From Atractiella rhizophila (lineage: Eukaryota), in contig MU271451.1 of assembly GCA_021432655.1 (NCBI GenBank), forward strand, positions 1-62,935: DNA of 62,935 nucleotides, given 5' to 3'. Below, piece after piece: positions 1 to 13,285 of the stretch; the first letter of the stretch is position 1; the number at the start of each line of letters is the position of its first letter. The translations under genes were made by a program, and so were the position numbers. A model generated the notes under the pieces. That model saw only the letters and a list, made by a program, of their open reading frames with translations, was not told the origin of the DNA and made no database searches.

Positions 1-2573
1 TTTAATCAGCTTTGGAGGATGTGGCGTGTCGTCTTTCTTGACAACCTGGACGACTGTGTCCAGGAAGAGCCAAAGTCGAGCCGAGATGGCATCGTACGAA
101 TGGTAATCATCCAACAGATCTAGGGCGTCATCCACGACATCTCGCATAAGCTCAACAGTGGACGAAGTCCCCACCCTCCGTAACATAGCCACTAAAACCA
201 GTGGAGCGTCGATATCCATCCCTCTCATCCCAGCTGCGCCGAAAGAAGGTGAAAGACGAGCAGAAACGGCCTCGATGAGATAGTCGCAGTTATCTCGCAG
301 GAGGTCTGCGGTCGAAGAATAGCCCACATTGCGTGCGATGAGGTCTAAGGAGGTTTGTGCGTTTGATGCTACTAGAGAGGACGAAGACACAGACGCTTGC
401 AAACGAAGAACGGGATAAAGGGTCGTCATCAACTCAGGTCGAAATGCATCACCTAGAGCAGATGAGATGGCGACAAGAGCGGAAAGGCCATTGCAGATTA
501 ATCTATCACCCTCGTGAATGAGCATCTTCCTGATCTGTCGATCGGTTGGTCGCTTTCCGGATAAAACAAGAGACGAAGCGTCGCTCGGTGGCCTTTGAGT
601 GTGGAGTACTCCAGCGGCCTGATAGCCGTTCCACTCTACTCTTGTCTCCTCCAATTCCTCCGCAGTGATCTGTTTCCCAATGTCTCCAACTACCGCCGCC
701 GTTCCGACATGCAATTCCTCATCCTCTGTCAATCCATCTCTCTGGTTTATCATATCCACAATAGAAGGGATCCACTTCTTTAATCTCTTCTTTTCCTTCT
801 GGCCCACTCCACTCGCCAACTTGCCCACCACCCAGAGTGCCCTGGAAGTAATTCTCATCTCATCCAAAGCTTCTTCTTCTTTTCCCTCTCCTCGCGCAAC
901 CTTCTGCTTCGCATTCTCGAATTCGAAGTTCGAGATAGCCCAAAATTTGTCCGTAATCTCTCGAGCAGTGAGACCATGAACAATTCGTGCAGAGGTCGAG
1001 GAAGAGGCAATGGTGAACAGCATGCGTTCGACAGCGCTTTCTATCTCCGTTTCTTCCGCCACAAGTGGCACTGAACAATTCTCCAAACGCAAGAGATTTA
1101 GATCCGTTTGGTTCTGCGGTCGATATTCCACCACGTTCTTTGTTTGAGTCATCCGAGCGTTTTCGAGACCACGCAGAATGCCCCATATCCACTTTTCTTG
1201 CTTTGCTATCTGTCTTACTCCTTCCTCTCCCTCGTCGTCCAATTGGAGACTGATCAAGTTTAAGCGACAGCCAGCTTCAATAATTTTTGCTGCCTCCTGC
1301 ACAGCCACTGTATCTCTACGGTAAAGCGACGGTGGGAGTCGATCTAGAGATTCGGAAATAATGTCCCTGACTATTTGTTTCATTCCAGAGGTCAGAGATA
1401 GATGGTCGACGCAATAACTCGTCGCTCTAGAGGCGACTTCCGGAAAGTCGTCCGTAGCAAGTAGGAGTATGGCGGTTATGAGCATATTCTTTGTGGTATT
1501 CAGTTCACTAGACGAAGGAGGAAATACGGCGAGAAAGTTAGACGAGGGGGGCAGGAGAGACGGGGCGAATGCAGCGAGTGCCTCCCTCATCTTTGGACGT
1601 TCGGAGGCCCGCAAGGAAGAAACGACATGCTCCAGAGTGAGCGACAGGGGATGGGTCCATTTCGTTCGCTCCGCCTCGTCAGTTCCGCCAAAAGGTGGGA
1701 GCGCTCGCAAAATGTCACCCAGAACCTGTAAACATCTGCAAGAGAAGTCTGAGTTGAAGGATCGCATAGTCTTGGAATCCATGCCTTTGTTCGTATCAAC
1801 GGACAGACTCGGAACATTGAGAGTAGCTGAAGCGAGGGTTGAGATCAATCCGGCAAGGATGGACAGGAGAAAGGAATTGTCCATGGTCAAAAAAGCAGAG
1901 AGCAGTTCGAGAGATGCAAAACGCAATTCCAGAGCCTGTGCAAATCGAACGAGATCAAGAACAACATTGATGAGTTGATATCTCATCGCCTTTCGGATCT
2001 CGGGAAGCTTATTTCTCTGTAACCCCGTCATCATCCCTCGCAAGAACTGAACTATGGTTAGTTTGGTTTCTTCTGCTAATTCTCGCTCTTTCCCCTTCTT
2101 TTGCTCCGCACTTTTTGCGAAATCAATCGGTCCACCAAGTTTCAGCACTCCGAGAATAAAAAACTGTTCGAAAATCGCATCGTCCATTCCGCTAGGACAT
2201 TGGATCCATCGAACAACTAGCTCCTTTAGCGCTTCAAAGACGCCTTCCAGTAAAAGTTCCGAGAGGTGATTGACGTGTAAATATTTGGACAGAGGGACGT
2301 AGACGTAATTTGCCAGGAGGAGCGTGAACTCTGGCGCCTCAATGGCTGACAGGGTACGCGCGAGATCAGAAAACAATTGTCGCTGAGACTCGATAGAACG
2401 CGGCAGAGTCACGGTTCCCTGCAAGGAGGGAGGAAGAGGCGGTGCATCTGGAGCAGAGTAGAGGAGCGGTACGCAAATGAGCTTCAGCTGTTGTACGTGT
2501 CAGCAGCAATTCTGAAAAAGAAGGCCAGACAAACTTTTTGAAACGCTAAAGAGTTGGGCTCTGTTGCTTGCAT
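1..2573 (-). CDS. TTI1: TEL2-interacting protein 1 (TTT complex HEAT-repeat subunit); 5' part only, runs off the left edge
   Basis: ATG at 2573 gives MQATEPNSLAFQK, then a GT-AG intron, then LKLICVPLL. Manual translation of 1-530 gives ALGDAFRPELMTTLYPVL...GYSSTADLLRDNCDYLIEAVSARL...DVVDDALDLLDDYH, which are characteristic TTI1 motifs. It is probably missing from the ORF track because the frame runs off the window edge; I did not translate the middle part. Confidence 0.8.
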
Positions 2574-2860
2574 TTATTTAGACTTGACGGTGTTGAATGT
2601 TGATAATACCCTGTCGGAGTCGAGGGAAGTGCAACAGGAAAAGTCGAACTGTGATATCATCATCAGAGAGGGCCATGTGAGCTTAAATACTGCTTGTTGC
2701 ATACGGGACGTTTCCTGCAGGCTAACAATTGCAAGCAGATATAATCAATGGGCTCAACCTGAACGTTAACATGAAAAGCAAGTTCGATCTGCCGTGCTGC
2801 GCAGTGACAAACGCACTTGATAAAGTTTGTGCACGTTGCAACTCTTAGCGACCATAGGCC

Positions 2861-3907
2861 ATGTCAGCTGAAGACTTACTCCAGAAAGCCCAAAAGAGGC
2901 TCGCGTCCTCTTCGGGCGGTCTCTTCTCCTTTGGTAGCTCCTCATCTAAGAAAGAGGAGGCCCGCGACCTCTTTATTGCAGCCGCCAACCAATTCAAGAT
3001 CTCGAAACGGTGGCAGGAGTCTGGGGATTGTTTCTTTCAGGCTGCTAAGGTAGCCGAGAGCCTAGATGAAAGAGACGATGCGATGAATGACTTCTGGAAT
3101 GCTGCGAAGAGCTACAAGAAATGCAATCCTGACCGTGCGTCTTCTCCTTCGTCATCACGTCGGGTTGGGATTGAGACGTCATCTGGTTTTTTTACAGTCG
3201 CTGTCAGTAATCTAGAAAGAGCTATCCAGATCTTGATTGAGAAGGGTCGTTTCCGACAAGCGGCGGACCGGAAGAAGGAGATAGGAGAGCTGTACCAGGA
3301 AGGAGAGGTCGACCTTGTCAAAGCTTTAGATGCCTACGAGCAAGCTGGGGACTGGTATGCCCAAGAAGATGCTCATGCGTATGTTCTCCTGCCACGAAGC
3401 TCTGCGGAGTGTTAACCAGCTCCGCCTGCGGTGACAGGACAGCGAATGCCATGTATAAAACCGTAGCCGAGCTCGCCGTCGCCGTTGATCCTCCAGACTG
3501 GAAGAAGGCGATCGAGCGTTTCGAGCAGGTCGCGAAGGCATCTCTGAGCTCCAACCTCACCAAATATAGTGTCAAAGAATACTATCTCAAAGCCGGATTG
3601 TGTCGCCTAGCCACCGGGGTCTGTCGTTGTTTCTTGTCCTGACGTGACGCTCATGATAGGGTGTGTACAGGACGTTGTCGCCACTCGCCTTGCGCTCGAT
3701 AACTACGTCTCTCAAGATCCTGGCTTTTCGCAAACGAGGGAATTCAAGTTCTTAAGCGCCATCGCCGATGCATACGAGAAGAGCGACAAGGATCAGTATG
3801 CAACAGAGGTCAAGGAATATGACTCTTTGACAAAGCTCGACAGCTGGAAGACTCGAGTATTACTCCAGATCAAGAATGCCATTCCTGACCTCGAAGATCT
3901 CACCTAA
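2861..3907 (+). CDS. SEC17: alpha-SNAP (soluble NSF attachment protein), 4 exons
   Basis: Motifs AEDLLQKAQKRL...KKEEARDLFIAAANQFK, GRFRQAA, SNLTKYSVKEYYLKAGLC, DPGFSQTRE and TKLDSWKT...EDLT*. Three GT-AG introns at about 3135-3196, 3379-3437 and 3619-3670. Confidence 0.97.
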
Positions 3908-5001
3908 TTGCTCTCAATTTCTGCCTCCTCTCCATTTTCTTGTCTTCTTCAGCGGAGTGGGAAACGATGTGAGACTCAAGTCTGTAACAATGCAATGAAT
4001 GTATCGCCATGTCCACGAAGCAACGATGTTGACTTGACTTGAAGTGGAAGAAGAGTAGTGAATGAAAGTTTAATCGGCTCCCAACGCAACTCAATGGCAG
4101 TCAAATTGATATGTGCTCAGGTTGAAAGACTCAAGGGAACGTACGGAAACAAGCAATAACCAAGGATGGAGACGCTGAAAGTGGACTACAATGCAAATAC
4201 TACCACTCGATCTCTCTACAGTAAAGATATATCGAAATAAAAACTATCAATAAGCAATCTCAAATATCATATACCGCAAGACTTATCGAGAGGAAAGAAG
4301 CAGTTGTCAGGAGTCGAATGGGTTGTTTTGTTTTGGGATTTGGGATTGGGGTTGGAAGTGTGTGTATGGGAGTGTGATGTGTTGGCTGATTGTAGATTGA
4401 GAATCTGAATCAAAAACGCAAGAGGAATGAAAGGTAAAGGAAAGGGGGAAAGTCATCGTGAACTCGACAGAAGAATCAAATGGAATGCGAACTGGCAGAA
4501 CAAAGAAACACTGACTTCCACATCGAAACTCTCTCACAAAAGCAACCATCAGAAACTGAAAACCACTCATCTTGAAGGAAAAGGTAATTTTGATGAGATT
4601 AGCATCCTCGAAATCCTCGCGGGAGTAACTTCGAAGAAACAAAATGTAGTTTTGGGTTGATGCTTGTTGGATGAGAAGGGTAGTCGGTCGGCGAAAGGGG
4701 CTACGAAGAATTGAAAGAAGGAACAGAAAATGGGCCAAAAAATACCGTACGAAGATGATGGAGAAAATCGAAAGGTATAAATCGATCATCTACTACAAGT
4801 ATCGAAGAAGGAGAATTGAAGTAACCCAAACAGAAAAGAACGAAGGGTAGATAAACAATGGCGGAGGAAGGGAAGTATGCGCGGTTATACAATGCTTTAG
4901 AAGGGTGAAATCAGAGAGGAAATTGAAGCCAGGCTTGTTTATTCTTCGTGCTTGTACAAAATTTGGGGTTGATTCGGTGGAGATGACAATCGAGCATTCG
5001 A

Positions 5002-7189
5002 TCATGAGAGGGTCGTGAGCACGGAGGTAGTGGCATCTGTCAGAACGTTGGGTTTCCACCTGTTGTTCGACAAGGCAGGTCTGCTCGAAGTTCCGTTCAG
5101 CTTCTTTGGCGAAGGGATCGAAGCTGGGAAGTTTTCCTTCGAGGCATTGTTGGAATGGCAGGAGAAAATCGAGCTCGATGAGTACGCCGAATAAGGAGTA
5201 GGGGGTTCTGAGAGATCTGTGTCTGATGCGCTCCCGCTCGTGTTCGTAAGGATGGAGGAGTCGGAGCTCGAGGATGACATGAAGCTGACAGACGACATGA
5301 GAGGAGCTGCGACCTGTCGTCGACGAGGCCTCTCAGGAGTAGAGCGAGACCAGTCCTCCATCGAAAATCGGTTGCCAGACAGATACCACTGGCGGACAAG
5401 GGTGGAAGCGTGGGAGCGGTACTTGGTAGAATACTTCTTCACAACGATCACCGAGAGCTGATCTAACTGCTCCCTAAGCAGCAGGTCCATGAGCTCAACT
5501 ATCTCGAGAACATCTGCATTGTCGTCTCGAAGCTGTTCGCAACGGACACTCAGCAACTTGCAAATGAAGGCGTTAGAGAAGTGGATAACTCACTCGACGA
5601 CCCTTGCCTAGCACGAAACGCGCGAGTAGCAGGGAAGCGGTAGCCACGTCTCTTGGAGTGAACTTGACAAATTCCCTCTTGAAAAGCGTCAACTCCATCA
5701 AAAACCTAGCCAAATTTTGCGTCTTCAAATCCTCCCAGAATTCACCAGCGCAAGCAAGCCTTAACCAAGCCTCCGCCGTCGGATGCCCAACAATCCAGTC
5801 GATGGTTTGGAGCACATGCCCTTCCATTTGGATGAAGGCTCCTTCATCGTAGGCGTTGCAGCACATCGAGACGAGATCGTGGACCGTGGGAATTCGGTCC
5901 TTCGCGTCCTCGAATTTGGCAGCAATCCAAAGTGCAGCGCAGCCGACAAGCTGATAGTGTTTTTTGTACACGATCCTTTTGGAGACGTAACGGTCGACGA
6001 TGTTGAGGGTGAGATAGAGGGTTTCGGGGCGTAGCCCATATTGTTCGTGAATTTCGATGATGAAATCGACAAGATACGGTCGCATGAACCATTCGAGTTC
6101 GGGTTGCTGATCGATGAGACTGACGGACGCCATCGTTCTATCCTGCAAGGGGTAAAACGAGTCAATAGTCAACTCCATCAAAAACCTAGCCAAATTTTGC
6201 GTCTTCAAATCCTCCCAGAATTCACCAGCGCAAGCAAGCCTTAACCAAGCCTCCGCCGTCGGATGCCCAACAATCCAGTCGATGGTTTGGAGCACATGCC
6301 CTTCCATTTGGATGAAGGCTCCTTCATCGTAGGCGTTGCAGCACATCGAGACGAGATCGTGGACCGTGGGAATTCGGTCCTTCGCGTCCTCGAATTTGGC
6401 AGCAATCCAAAGTGCAGCGCAGCCGACAAGCTGATAGTGTTTTTTGTACACGATCCTTTTGGAGACGTAACGGTCGACGATGTTGAGGGTGAGATAGAGG
6501 GTTTCGGGGCGTAGCCCATATTGTTCGTGAATTTCGATGATGAAATCGACAAGATACGGTCGCATGAACCATTCGAGTTCGGGTTGCTGATCGATGAGAC
6601 TGACGGACGCCATCGTTCTATCCTGCAAGGGGTAAAACGAGTCAATGCGTGCTCGATAAGAAGGAGTGGGGGTTTAGAATCGCGTCTTTCATCCCAAGAA
6701 TAACTCAAATAGGAGGGGATAACAAACCTGAAAGGCGTCCATGTAGTCCTTAACATCCTCCATATAGTCGTGTTCATACAATCCTAAAGACTCCTTCTCC
6801 TTCTCCCTATCCACAAACTCCTGCTCCCTCTGAGCAGCCGCCAAAACCTCAGCCGCGACCAACGGTCTCGAAGGTCCACCTCCGAAGACGTTCGCTGGTG
6901 ACAACTCCTTTCTCGTCCGCTTGGATATCCCGGGAGACGATCTTTTCTTAGGATACATCGTTGGCCTCATAGCAGGAAGGGCCGCAGAAGATTGTGCCTT
7001 CATGATGAGGAGCGATGAAAAGTCGAGAGGAGGGGGCTTGTACGGTCGAACGATGGACCGCGTGACAAGTTTGGCAATTGGGAACACGGTCGGATCGGTT
7101 TCGACAGAGGTCGAGACGACAGAAGACCCGTCAGAACAGGCAGGCGACGATGACAGTTGAGTTGGAGATTGGTGACGATTAGAAGGCAT
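5002..7189 (-). CDS. G1/S-type cyclin (Cln/Puc1/Ccn1-like) with Ser-rich PEST-like tail; cyclin box duplicated in this assembly
   Basis: Cyclin box QQPELEWFMRPYLVDFIIEIH...PETLYLTLNIVDRYVSKRIVYKKHYQLVGCAALWIAAKFED. The N-terminal exon ends EHDYMEDVKDYMDAFQ at a GT donor near 6727. The last exon contains KKYSTKYRSHAS and S/T/P-rich sequence. The start codon could be 7189 or a later ATG. Confidence 0.9.
5688..6646. repeat. Perfect direct tandem duplication, period 480 bp (5688-6166 and 6168-6646)
   Basis: Lines 5701-6160 and 6181-6640 are identical by inspection. Each copy starts with gtcaac and ends with gtcaat, giving gtcaa microhomology at the junction. Confidence 0.97.
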
Positions 7190-7539
7190 CGGTTCCGTTC
7201 GAGAGTCGAGATCGAATGATGGTATCGAGCAGAAAACAAGCGGGAGAAGAGGGCACAAGTCAGAAACTGAAGGGGAATAGGTACTGAAAACTGATGGAGG
7301 GAAAGTGTATGCTGAAAGGAGCGTGTAACGAAAGTAGAAACAAGCAAGCAGACAGAGCACGACGAGACGCTTAGGTGGAAATTGCGGGCTAAGACTCAGG
7401 GCTTTTATACAACCCAGACTTTCCCACGCTAATAATTAAGGGATGGAACATCAAAAGGGACGATGGGAATATGATCTGGATTGAGTCTGGATTGAGTCTT
7501 AAATCTGAGACCATCCTATCAACATATCGAACTTTGTCG

Positions 7540-7547
7540 ACGCGAAA
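7540..7547. promoter_or_regulatory. Possible MCB/SCB-like cell-cycle element (ACGCGAAA) upstream of the cyclin
   Basis: ACGCGAAA lies about 350 bp upstream of the cyclin ATG, and the same octamer occurs upstream of PSF3. The motif is short and could be chance. Confidence 0.3.
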
Positions 7548-10500
7548 AATAAAATGATAATTTGGATAAACCCAACCCATGGCCCATATGAGTTCCCGAT
7601 TCTCTGTATACGGCAGGTGCGATGCGTCTACTAGACGTATTTCACATTTCCTTCATGCAGAGTAATCGACTTCTCTTCACACGTCCGAGTCTGAAGCTTC
7701 GAACGGACACCACAACCCCGGCTTCCAAGACATCGTAGACGGATTCTCGCGATCTGAACGTCGACTCACAATAAAGGGTAAGCAAGATATATAGGTAAAT
7801 AGGTGGTATATAATAGTTTCTGTTTCAGCAAATCAGTTTTTTCGACGTATCACTTGGGTTGCGCATTGGGCGAAAACGCACAATTTGCAGAGGACTAAGC
7901 CTCTCTACCTTTTATTTCCTAAATAGAGGAATGGGAGGGATTGAGCAGAGGAATGGGTAAGGATCGAAGTCTCGGAGGGCGTGACAGTGAAGCAGCCAGT
8001 CCTTTTATACGGATGTGATGGACAACTTGCTTGCTTGCAATGTCACAACGGAAGGCTCGAAGTTTATACAAGCCCACAACCTAATCTTTTGTCAAAACGT
8101 GGTTCCCAGATTTCGAATTGGGCAAATCCATAACTCTGCAGAGATTCGTACAGTGTCAAAGAAAGGAGCCCTAATGTGCCTCAGCTCGTTCTTCGAATCA
8201 TTCAGCTTTCGTCTTCCTTTCAAGCACCATGGCTACACATTCGCTCGCCTCAAAAATGTCACAAAGCGCCGTCCGAGGTCTCCTGCCCCAGGGTTGAGGT
8301 AGCGGTGCGAATCTGGTCACAACAGGACTGATCCCAACGTCACTCTTTCCATGTTCTTTCTTTGTTTGAGCTTTTGTTAGGTCGGCAATTTGCTTCCCGC
8401 GTCTGACCATCCTCGCAGCTCTGGAGCAACAACATGTCACAAAGAACCCGAACCCGATAGCTAAATCTCCCCCCCAAAAAAGCAACCGAAAGAATGGTGA
8501 ACCATCACACGGTTACTCCACCGCTCAGTGTGGGCATCTATGCGACGCTACGGTAAACAATGCAAATCCTTGTTATTCCAGTTCTCCATTAAGTACTTCA
8601 TGTTTTCGAGATCTGTTCCACCATTAATAACCGTTTACCGTGTGCTTGCCGTGTGCCCTCATCGCAGAATATCAGAAGCACGCCAACTCTTAAACTGGAA
8701 CTCCGTTCATTTTCCAGCTTCAACGCCCGCCGAGAAGCCAACTGCTCAATCCCCAGACTCTCTTCTTCGCATACACGCACTTACAGTAATGACAATGCGG
8801 GATGGTACCTTTGTGGTTCTGCTGAAAGGGACGTGGATCAACGCACTGCCCTTTTCATGATCACTTCGGTCGTGCAGTTCTTTGGGCAAGGAGGTTAGCA
8901 CAGATAAAGTTAGCCAGTTTGTACAGCAATCAAAGTTTTGCACGTGGCATGTGAGATCTGGATCTCAAATCCCATTTTTTGAACTACCAACCAGACACCA
9001 GGATTCTGTTGTACTTTCGCTGCTTAAAGGCAGCTTCTAGGATAGCTTTGGTCAATCAAAGCCTTTGTATACTAGTTATCCAATTCACCTTGTACCAGAC
9101 TCTCTACTACTGTATTATGGCCCACACTCAATTTTGGTTTCAGCACCCACGATTTCTCCAACCTCTCAAATGCCTCTCCGTGTTCTCCCTGCCCAGCTAC
9201 GTCTCACGAACTGGTAAAACTCTTGTGATAGAAAAAGGTTGCAGGAGTCCGAATTTTTCCTCCATGAAAATGAAAAGAGATAGGGTGATAGTGCACTCGG
9301 CTAAACTCCTCCACTCTCCGCCGCCACAAGCAAGTTTGCTTCGCAGCTTATAGTGCAGGTTCTAGATACAGTGAAATCACGACGGTGATAAATGATTGTT
9401 GGTCAAGCTCTTGTCACATTCACAATTAGAAAAAGACCTCGAAATTGGCCGAGGCAGGCATGTTCCACAGCGAGTGGACAACACCACGCTTGTTGGTTGG
9501 AACATTATAAAGGGTCAGAATGGAACACAAACATGCCCTGAGCCCAAGATGTTTCATTTGTCATTTGAGCGAAAGACCATCGATCTCGACTTAGCTGGAA
9601 AGATATCGGTCCCGTTCTTTCTGGGCAGATCAGAGACGAGGACCAAACCGTTATCCACCGCTGGACGTCCTTCACAACTCGGCCCTGCATCTGTGATGGC
9701 GTCGTCAATAAGAAACAAGTGAAGTAAGAGGGGAACGGAATACCGCATTTGATCACCATGAAGAATCACGGGTCTCGTATGTTGTCAGTCAAGGGAAACT
9801 TGTTACTCGGCTCATCGCGTTGATATGATATGGTCCCTGACAAAAAAAAACAACATATTCAGCGAGCACCGTAAAGTCACATCATTGCCAACAGACAATG
9901 TATCACTCGCCGATAGTAATCCGAGAGCAGCTAAGTTGCCAATAGCACTTGCCTGTAGCCCTCCTTGGAGAAGAAGATCATAACTATGGACTTGTTGTCG
10001 TAGGATACTTAATCACGATTCTACAGCAATGCCAGATGATGATGGTCAAGACTCTCATAAAACGCTCTGCAAAACAGAATTAAACCCTCCGAGTTAGATA
10101 GACTGGACAGATTTTTATTGATGTTCTTTGAGAGACATCAGGTTTGCTGGTCTCAAGCCGGGCGGATGTGTGGCTTACACCCAATCTCAGATGTCGCGTC
10201 AAGCATTGTAAAGTCCACCCTCGAGTCCCTCGCTACAGTAAAGGTACTTTTGCTGCTTTATCTCTTCACTTCCCACCATCGTCTCCTTCCCTTCCACCGT
10301 CTCGGGGACGATTGTGCTCGCCATCTTTAGTTCACTTCCGCGGCGACATTTTGCTGTTGGTGAGTGTCACTTGTTGTTACATTAAATTACTCCGTATCTT
10401 TCTCCCCAAGTGCTCTATTGGATTCGTTAAGCCAGTGAGGATATTTTTAAGAGATGCACCGAGATTTGCTCAATATAGGCAGCTGTTATCGTCTAGATAT

Positions 10501-10719
10501 TCCCCTGATTTGATTGAACATAGAAGCAGACGGCTTCGTGCCTGAGCTTTCTGCCACTTCCTTGACGCAGTGATCCTTTTGCTTACTTGATATCAAATTC
10601 ATTCGCGTTCAGTGCTTCCGGCAGTGGTTAGTTTCAAGCGGTAGATGTGACAAACACTTGCTCTTAATCTTCTACCATGTCGCTTCCAATGGGGTTACAA
10701 CTCTTTCAGCTGTAATGAT

Positions 10720-12956
10720 ACCATGGTCTGGATAGAATAGATGAGGAGGTGGGACGAGATTTAAAGAGGTGCTATGTTCGCGTCCAGTCGTGTTCCGTTT
10801 CCTTCATTCAACACCTGTCCACTTCTTCGTCCATTAGAATTGGACTAAGTCTTCTGTATGCCGCAGGTTTTAATCAGTCAGACAGAAGCGAATTAACAGC
10901 CATGTCGTGAGTGGCTACTCTGTCGCACTCTAGCATAGTTGACCGTCGTGCTTCACAGACTCCACTCATCTCCATCGGCTTTGGGAGTAAATACCAACAT
11001 ACCAACGAACTCTTCGCTTCTGTCCAAGCACAAGTCAAGGTTTCTGAGTGTGCGACCGCTGGAACTCGACCTCACGGTGCGATCTTCGCCGTCCGTCGTT
11101 CCATCGTCCCAAGTATCTACAAATTCGCGGAAGTTCGAAGACCTTGCTTCAAAGCTTCGTAGAAAACCTCGTATAGTGAAAGGGGAGTTGGATAGTGTTG
11201 TGGAACAGGTTAGTTAGGTTTTTTCTTCGCGTCGGGTCTTAATGTTGTTAATTAAGATCAATCTGGCTCATGGTGTTCAATCCTCAGGCGGAAAGCTTTC
11301 AACTTCAACACGAAGAGTTTCAGCGAGCTTTGAGGATGAAGACAGCAAAAAGAAAACCTCCTCCCACACTTCGATAGTCCAAACGCTACTCCGCCCGTCC
11401 GTTGCGTGCGCAAGCATGTTCTCTTATTTATTCAACTTTCAGCTGCCTGGTGTATCCACTGCTCTCAAAGACTTGAGCGCTACTGGTACTTTCACCTCGT
11501 TGTCCCTTTCTGGAGCTTACCAAGGCTTACCGGACGGCAGTACATCAGGCAGATGTTCGCCTGCTTCAGATAATATCGGCTCCTCGGCAATTCAGCACAA
11601 TCTATGAAAAAGAACAAGTGCCACCAGCCGTTGCTCGTGCTGAATATATCAAGTATTACCCACTTTCTTTGAATTGATACGAGTGTAGCTGACGGAATCA
11701 TAGCTTGTACAACACCATATGGTTGATCGCCAATGACATGATAGTCGGCAGTGCTATCTCGACCTTCTTGTGCGAGAATCACGTCCTGATATCACAACGA
11801 TTGATGGAAGTCGTAAAGGTGTCCCTGCTCAGCCAAATGAGCATAACTTAGCTTGCTCACGATAACGACGACAGGTGTACACCATCCAACTCATCCGCAA
11901 GACCTTGACATGGCTCAACGAATGGCCAGCCGGTTTAAAGCTCAACTACGAATTGGGGAGCTTCATTTGTGAAGGGTTTCTGTTATTTACAGAGGTTTGG
12001 GAGCAACGTAGGCCAAATCTACTTCATCTTATCCACCTTGCGACCCCGGTTGACATGGGGCCAGTGGTTCTTGCCCCTGTTGGACCGTATCTTCCGCACA
12101 TTATTTATTTTATTGGAGTCTCCGGAGTCTGTGGAGCAACCATGGCGCTTTCTGTTTCGTCGGACCTATTATCAATGTTCACAGTCCATATCTACGTTTT
12201 TTATTACATCGCCACGACGGTCTTCAACTGGCACTTGAAAGTGATTAATTCGCTGTTCAACGTGTTTCGAGGTCCGTGACCTGTTCTTCAGCTTTATGCT
12301 TCCAGGGTTGATGCTGGCCATGTACAGGGAAGAAATACAACGTAATTCGTAAGCGAGTGGAACCTGCTGATTACACTCTGGACGAATTGCTGCTGGGGAC
12401 AATACTGTTCACCTTCGCCGCTTTCATTTTCCCTACCGTCCTCGCCTATTATCTTGTCTTCGCCACAGTACGCGCTTCCTCTACCGTTATATGGCCACGC
12501 AACTAATAGAAGGTAGGCACGTATAGCCATTATTGGTCTACATGCGATGATGGAAACATTTCTCGCGTTCATGAATCACTTCCCACTCTTCGCGGTAATG
12601 CTGAGGTTGAAAGACCCGGATCGTTTGCCAGGTACTCTCTCTAATAGTCGACAAGTAGAGACCTAATTGCTGGATATAGGAGGCCTAAAGTTCGTCTTGA
12701 ATGCGAATCTGCAGTCCTTCGACCTCAAGAACCATCCCATCGAGCTGTCAGCTATATTCTTTCAGCATCTCAGACTTTGGAGGCGCCTTTCAGCTCACTA
12801 TTCGCCTCTATACCTTCTCCGACAATTGTTTTCTGGTATGTCTTTCAAGCCTCGCCGCGACAGATTTAAATGCGCAGAGTAGGAGGCCTTATTTTTCCGA
12901 TTTCGAAACGAAGTCTGCAATACCCTGCCGTCAGTATCTCACCGAAGAATGCATGA
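10720..12956 (+). CDS. GPI1: GPI-GlcNAc transferase subunit Gpi1 / PIG-Q, multi-exon; 5' end unresolved
   Basis: Spliced motifs LKDLSATVHQADVRL, YINLYNTIWLIANDMIVG, WLNEWPAGLKLNYEL, SLFNVFRGKKYNVIRKRVE..DYTLDELLLGTILF and NHFPLFAVMLRLKDPDRLPGG. Predicted stop TGA at 12954-12956. Confidence 0.93.
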
Positions 12957-13285
12957 GTTTTGGTATCATTATTATTGCGAGCAAATGCAAGAAGTTACCG
13001 TTTTCATCTTCAATCTCCTTGATAAGCAAAGTTCCACGATGGGGTAATGGTTGTCGACTTCGAGCAATTTGGTTGGTTCCCGTACAGCGATAGCAACTTT
13101 GTTTCTGCCGACAATGAACGACAAAAGGCTTCCTCAGCACGGTGACCCTTTTGGTTTGCATGATACCTGGCTGGAATACTACTTCTGCAATCTTGACGGA
13201 CGGAACGACAGAAAATGCATTACAGGCGAGTCCATCGAGCTCTATCTTGGTATATGATATGAAACTATTCACCCAACACCACCGC

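Noticed and set aside
595..2269. Plus-strand ORFs overlapping TTI1
   Set aside because: Antisense shadows of the long minus-strand TTI1 frame, with no motifs.
4200..5000. A-rich stretch with ORFs 4307-4789 and 4427-4660
   Set aside because: Composition fits a U-rich cyclin 3' UTR or intergenic DNA, and the translations are low-complexity.
7600..10600. Many 60-130 aa ORFs between the cyclin and GPI1
   Set aside because: No recognisable motifs, consistent splice pattern or terminal repeats, so no gene or element can be supported.
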